Source of the DNA: Paramoeba atlantica
Lineage: Eukaryota; Protista; Discosea
Direction: 5' to 3'
NCBI GenBank assembly: GCA_977017575.1
Contig: CDRNVI010000140.1
Location: 62,001-126,000, forward strand
Length of the DNA stretch: 64,000 bases
Part shown: one piece after another, positions 58,501 through 64,000 of the stretch
Layout of the letters: each line of letters starts with the position of its first letter
Numbering within the stretch: position 1 is the stretch's first letter
Translations under genes and position numbers: made by a program
The notes under the pieces: generated by a model
What the model was told of the DNA's origin: nothing
Seen by the model: only the letters and a program-made list of their open reading frames with translations
Databases searched by the model: none

Positions 58501-60589
58501 AACCCAAGATTGTCCCATCGATTCAAGGCGTCAAATATCTGCGATGTGGGGATTATAGATGTTCTGTGATCACTTTTGATGGATATCTGTACGCTTGGGG
58601 TCAACTCTGCTCCAAAGATTTTGTGAGAGACACCCAAACCCCTATTTTGATTGACCATTTTTACAACAAAAAAGATGTTTGGGTTGGTGATGGAGATTGT
58701 GGGAAAACCCATTGTGTTGCATTAGAGGATGGGAAGCTGTCTCATTCACTTCATTTCTTTAAGAAAGAGGTGAAACACAAGTTCCAAAACCTTTCTCTAT
58801 TGCAAGAAACTCTCGCGAAAGTTCCTCCACATTTGTTGTCTGCTTTACAAATGAGGGCTTATAATGAGCTTCTAAAGGTTTGCTTTTTGATTAGGAAAAA
58901 GAAAAAAACAAATTCAATTTACTCGTTGAGACTGAGCTGACTCTTTTCAGAGCCAATCTCTGGAGCTAGCGATGTTGTCTCTCAGTACTTACGAAATCCA
59001 TTTGTGTGAGAAAGGAGCAGATCACAACAAAGGCCCCTTTGATGAAAAAAGTTCGTCTCATCCTTCAGAGATTGCAGAGATTTCCATTCAAAATCTCTCT
59101 GGGTATCTCTTTTTTTTTCTCTTTTCTTCTTTCTTTGCTTTCTTTTGATAATTGGATTTTCCAAAGTTGGAAAGTAGATGTTGAGTTAATAGCACCAATG
59201 CCAGCACCGTTTGTTGTCGATAAGATACAGTTTCAACTTAAAAAAACAGAAACTAAATCTTTTCGTTTCTGTCTGAGGCAAAGTAATTTTTTCTTTTTTT
59301 AATTTTAAAAATTGCAATTTGTTAATTGTTCAAAAGATACAAAACGACAGCGAGGGGAAAAAGGAATATTCCACATCAAGACGTATCACAGTCGATTTCC
59401 AGAACTAATGAGTTTGTATTTTATCTTTTTTGAGATTCACTCTGCAGTTCGAGAATATAAGGTTTTCTCTTTTTTTTTACAATTCCTTTTTTTCCTTCTC
59501 ACACTTCTCTCTTTTTTAATTTTGGATCTTTTTTCAATTTCTTTCTTCTTTTAAAATAGAATATTCGGTCTCTGGTCCAAGTCCCAGGAAAAGCTTCAGT
59601 CTTCAAAGTAAAAGATGTTGCAGGGGGTGGGACATTTGTCCAAAAGAAATTGTCAAAAATTGGGACTCCTGATGGAGAACATGAGGCAATGAGAGCGGAA
59701 ATTGAGCTCATGCGTAATTTGACCTCTCTTGGATGTGGTTATGTGGTCAAATATGTGGATGAGAGCGAAGATAACGAGAGTATTTCTTTGTATATGGAAT
59801 ATTTTGAGTGTAGTTTGTTGGATTTGATTCGGGGAAAGAGAGAGAGAGGAAAAATATTTTCAGATCTCAGGATATGTGACTATATTATGCAAATTGCACA
59901 GGGGTTTGTTCTTTTTTCCTGCCACTGCTTTCCTGTTTTTATTTACTTACTATTTTAAACAGGCTCAATTACTTTCACAGCCTCTCTCCTCCAATGCTCC
60001 ATCGAGATATCAAAAGTGATAACATTTTTGTTGAAGGAGAAGGGAAAGAGAGAGTAATGAAGATCGGTGACTTAGGGGAATGTGCGCGACTCAGTGAAGA
60101 TGTGAATGTTTTGCCAATTGCAGGAACACCCGGTTTTATTGATGCTTCAATTCTTCAAAAACAACCTGCGACTCTATTTGCTGATGGTTTGTCATCTTCT
60201 CTTTTTTTTTCTTTGATTCTTTTCTTAATTTTTTTTTTGTTTTCAGTGTTTTCTCTGGGAATGGTGATGTTTGAACTGCTTTCTCTTCAAAGACCATTCT
60301 TCGATGCAAAAAATAGATTTGAAATCGAAAAAAGAATTCTTCAAGGACTTCGACCAAAATTCCCAGAAGATTGTCCTGGATTGTCTGACAGGTATTTTTC
60401 TCTTTCTCTTTACTCCTTATCTTTTTTCTCACAAGTCAAAAAAACAGAGATCCAAGACTGATGGAGTTATATCTCAAGATGACAGATCGAGGAGAAGAAC
60501 GCCCAAATGTGAAGGAAATTGCTCAAAGACTAAAACTCATCCAAGATGACCTCTTGAACCAAAAGCAGAAAGAAAAAGAAAAAATTTAA
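55524..60589 (+). CDS. Multi-exon protein: ubiquitin-like/KHA-like N-terminus, Lys-rich region, RCC1 repeats, C-terminal Ser/Thr protein kinase
   Basis: GGEIDDVDLIRDDE; RCC1 motifs GQLGH...CGGEHTLAL...YGWGCNKFGQSG and HTWGSNIHGELG; kinase YMEY, HRDIKSDN, KIGDLG, GTPGFID, DVFSLG. Many short GT-AG introns. A single-gene model is inferred and it could be two genes. Confidence 0.72.
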
Positions 60590-60780
60590 ATTAACAGAAC
60601 AAAAATCATCAAATGAAAAAAATGAAAGAACAAAAAAACTAATCCAAGAGTTGTTGTATTTTTTTTGAGATCAATTTTGAATTGCTTTCCAAAAAATCGG
60701 TCCCAGAAAAAGAGCCCTATTTTTTGTGTTCGGGGTTTTTTTTTAGGTTGTGGGTTGGGAAAAACCGTGGGTTGAGAAAG

Positions 60781-63700
60781 ATGAGCTCCTCCAACAAGAA
60801 AAGATTTGGTGATGAGGATGAGGAGGACGATGATGACTTTGATGGTGATGATGATGACGATGACGATGGTGATTATGATGAAGAAGAGAGTGACGATGAC
60901 GGTGATGGGCTTTGGGTGATCTCTTCATCGGATGAGGAAAAAGATGAAGAGATCGAAACTAAACCTCATCAAATTCTGATTGAAGGAGAAGCAACCGTCG
61001 CTTCTATTTATTCCCCCTCTCTTGAGGCTGCAAGTGATCACGATTCCAATTCCGATTCTGAGAATGATGAACCTGAAGGAAAGTACGATTCGCCGAGCTG
61101 TTCTTCACAAGAAGAAACCACTCTCAAGACCTCGCAATCCTTCATCTCTGTTGGAAAAGTTCAACCTTCGACGACGTCCAATGCAACATCTTCTTTCACT
61201 CTTGGTTCTGCAAGAAGTCGCAGTCCACCTCCGACAGATGAAGAAATGAATTTGTCTCGAGTCAGGGCAAGGGCTGGAACCGTTGCCCCAACACAAATTG
61301 GGATGGAGTTGATCAATAAGTATTCTTCAAAGGAATACCACGAAAGGGCTCGCCTTGCAACCTCATCAGCCATTGAGGGGAGTCTGAGTGGGTCTCAATC
61401 TCTCGAAAACCTTGCTCTATCTTCTCGGTTAAGTTTGGCTGCAGAACCTGCTTTTCATACCCCGATTGTATCTACTCCGTTTTTTAAACGTTCTGAAGAC
61501 GCCCCTTCACTTCCCAAAGGAAAAAGGAAGATGGTGATTGGTAAACGTCCAGCTTCTTCGATGGCAGTACCAAAAGAGCAAGAGAGTGAGTCCCAGACAG
61601 AAAAGGAAGAAAAGGAAGAAAAGGAAGAAAAGGAAGAAAAGGAAGAAAAAGATGAAAAAGATGAAAGTGAAGGAGAAAAAGGCACAAGACAACAAGATGA
61701 GATCGAAGAGAAAAAAGAAGAGAAGTTGAATGAAAGTGAAGTGACAAGGACTGAAGAAGAAGCAAACGAAGAGCAAGAAAGTGATCAAATCGATGAAAAT
61801 CAAATTGAATTACAGAAAAAATTCGAGGAACTGAATGAAAAAGAGTCCGTTGAAGATCAACAAAAGAGAGAAGAGAAAGAAAGAAAGAGTCTTAAGGCTG
61901 CTCGAAACCATGTGTTGCAGGAGTTTGTAATGACAGAAAACAAGTATGTGAGAGATCTGCGTCTTTGTTTGAAGAAATTTGTTGCCCCAATCACAGAGAA
62001 GAGTCTTTTAGGAGAGAGAGAGATTTATGCTGTCTTTTGTAATATGTCTCAGGTTCATTTTTTGTTCAACAAAATTCTTTTCTCCTTTAATTTGTTTCTT
62101 ACCTTTTTTCTTTCTTTCTTTCCTTTACAGCTGGCAGATGCCAATGAACTCGTCTTGCATGACCTTGAACGGGAAGTTGTAATGACTGAGACAGAAGATA
62201 TTTGCATCGGCAGAATCTTTGAATCCCATCTTGAGGTGCACATTTTTCCCCCATCTCCGTTTTGTCTTTCCTTTATTTTAATGTCAACAAAATAGAACTT
62301 AATGCCACTCTATGCGATTTTTTGTGTCAATCAATCACGAACAATGCGTTTGCTTGAATTACATAAAGAACAAAATAGCCCTTTTGCTCAGTTTGTCGAA
62401 GAGATGATTTCTGATCAAGAGTTGAGTGGTTTACCTCTTCTCAGTTACGTCATCAAACCAGTACAAAGGTTGTGTAAATATCCTCTTTTACTCCGGGAGT
62501 TGATAAAAGCAACCCCTCCATCCCATCCTGACCATTTCCCTATCCTTTCTGCGTTTCAAAGAACACAAGAGCTTGTGGATGAAGTCAATGAACTTCAGGT
62601 TTTAAATATTTTGGGTGGAAAGAATCTATCTTGAAAATTTACCTTTGTTTGGACAGAGATTATCAGATACAACAAGACAACTATTGGAAATTGAAAAGCA
62701 GTTGAATGGAGCGCTTGACACACAATTGCTCAAACCTGATCGGCATCTCATTAAAACTGGCAGGTTTTTTCCCTTTTTCAGTCTTTTTTTTCATTTTTTT
62801 CGCCTAACTCTTATTTTTGCAAATTAATAGAGTTGAGAGTGGCCAACAAGTGTGGTTATTTGATGATGCTATTTTATTTGCCGTTCGGCAGCGTAGTATT
62901 TTAGGAAATGCCTTTGGAGATGCCTTTTTAGGAGATACCAAGTTCTCTTTCATTTTATTATCTCTCCCTAGCTTTTTTTCTCTCTTTAGCACCTCCTTAT
63001 TTTTCACTCCCTTACAAAATTGACAGGTATGATGTGGAAGTGTTTTTTAGCTTAAAAGGTAAGAATATGAACCTGAGCCAGTGTGAAGATGGTAAAGTTA
63101 ATACGGAATTGGCAATTGATGGGCAGGTATATTTTTCTTTTCCACAAAAATCAAAGAAGTTAGGAGAAAGAGACATTCTGGAAGAAGAGGGAAGAGAGAG
63201 AAAAAAATCCTCTGAGTTGTGATAAAAACAGATTCTGTATTCTTTTGTTATTGGAGAAAATTCTGTAGAGTGGCCGAAGGCAATTCGATCTTCGATTGAT
63301 CGCGCAAACGGATCGAAGTTCTTCTGCTGTTCTTTTTTTCTCTATTATTTCGTTTTCTGAATGAACCTAAACAGATGTACTTGCTCAACTTGTGCTGGAG
63401 TGGCAAATCCCCCGCCCAACAGAAACTATGGGACAGAAGAAGAAGGGGCTAAAATTTGTTTGAAATATGTTGATCCGGAAGAACGCATTTTGGGTTGGAA
63501 TAGTCTCACCATGAGGACCCTTGTCCTTGAGTCAGGGGGTTTTACACTCCGTTCTGATGAATCTCAGGTTAATTCTCATTCCTTTCTTTGGTAATAAGGG
63601 TTCGAAAAAAGGATTGGGTAAGTGAATGTTAATGATGACCTTTTTTTTATTTTCAGAAACGATATTTATATTTGTTTACTGATGCATTGGTGATTACGGA

Positions 63701-64000
63701 ACGAGTATCAGCAAACTTTTTTGCCTTTAAAAAATTGATTATTTTGAAGAATCTTCGAGTCTTGGAGACAGAGGTTTTCTTTCTTTTTTTCCCTCCTTTC
63801 CTTTTTGTTCTCTCTTTCCTCTGAGATAACCATCCCCTGTGAATAGGAGAAAAATGGCCTCCCGCTTGTGTATGTTCGGAAAAATGGGCGTTATCTCTCC
63901 TCGACTTTCAATTGTAATCGAGAAGTTGCAGCTCTTTGGATCGAAGTTTTGAAAGAAGATCTTAAAGTTAAAACAATAGCTGAATCTGTACTCTTTTTTG
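60781..64000 (+). CDS. Dbl-family RhoGEF (acidic N-terminus, DH, PH, probable second PH); 3' end outside the window
   Basis: RNHVLQEFVMTENKYVRDL and LPLLSYVIKPVQRLCKYPLLLRELIKATP (DH); RHLIKTG/VWLFDDAILF (PH); KRYLYLFTDALVIT...WIEVL (second PH-like); GT-AG introns. Confidence 0.88.

Overview
AT-rich eukaryotic (probably protist; an amoebozoan is my inference) genomic DNA with two sharply separated compartments. Positions 1 to ~53.1 kb are a nested, CpG-depleted transposon graveyard. It holds four Ty3/gypsy remnants (two with clear chromodomains), an internally deleted Ty1/copia element, a non-autonomous LTR element, a solo LTR, several L1-like LINEs with C-terminal RNase H, nine copies of two tRNA-derived SINE families, a MITE, and two copies of a large TIR DNA transposon. 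Positions ~53.8-64 kb are CpG-normal and hold three intron-containing host genes: TAF8, an RCC1-repeat/protein kinase gene, and a DH-PH RhoGEF that runs off the window. The most striking object is the TIR transposon (7084-15277 and 34899-42131; about 9 kb when the two copies are merged). It has 45-bp TIRs, a RAG1/Transib/Chapaev-like DDE transposase, a convergent unknown partner gene, a Zn-finger+SET+post-SET gene and a fourth gene. Repair of the interrupted host reading frames implies only one extra base (T) at both insertion sites. Other highlights are copia-type primer-binding sites matching the anticodon half of tRNA-Lys, a CAC-ended MITE inserted with no target duplication, two SINE families sharing a central core, and transition-only divergence between paired LTRs. 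All alignments and family assignments were made by eye, with no database searches.
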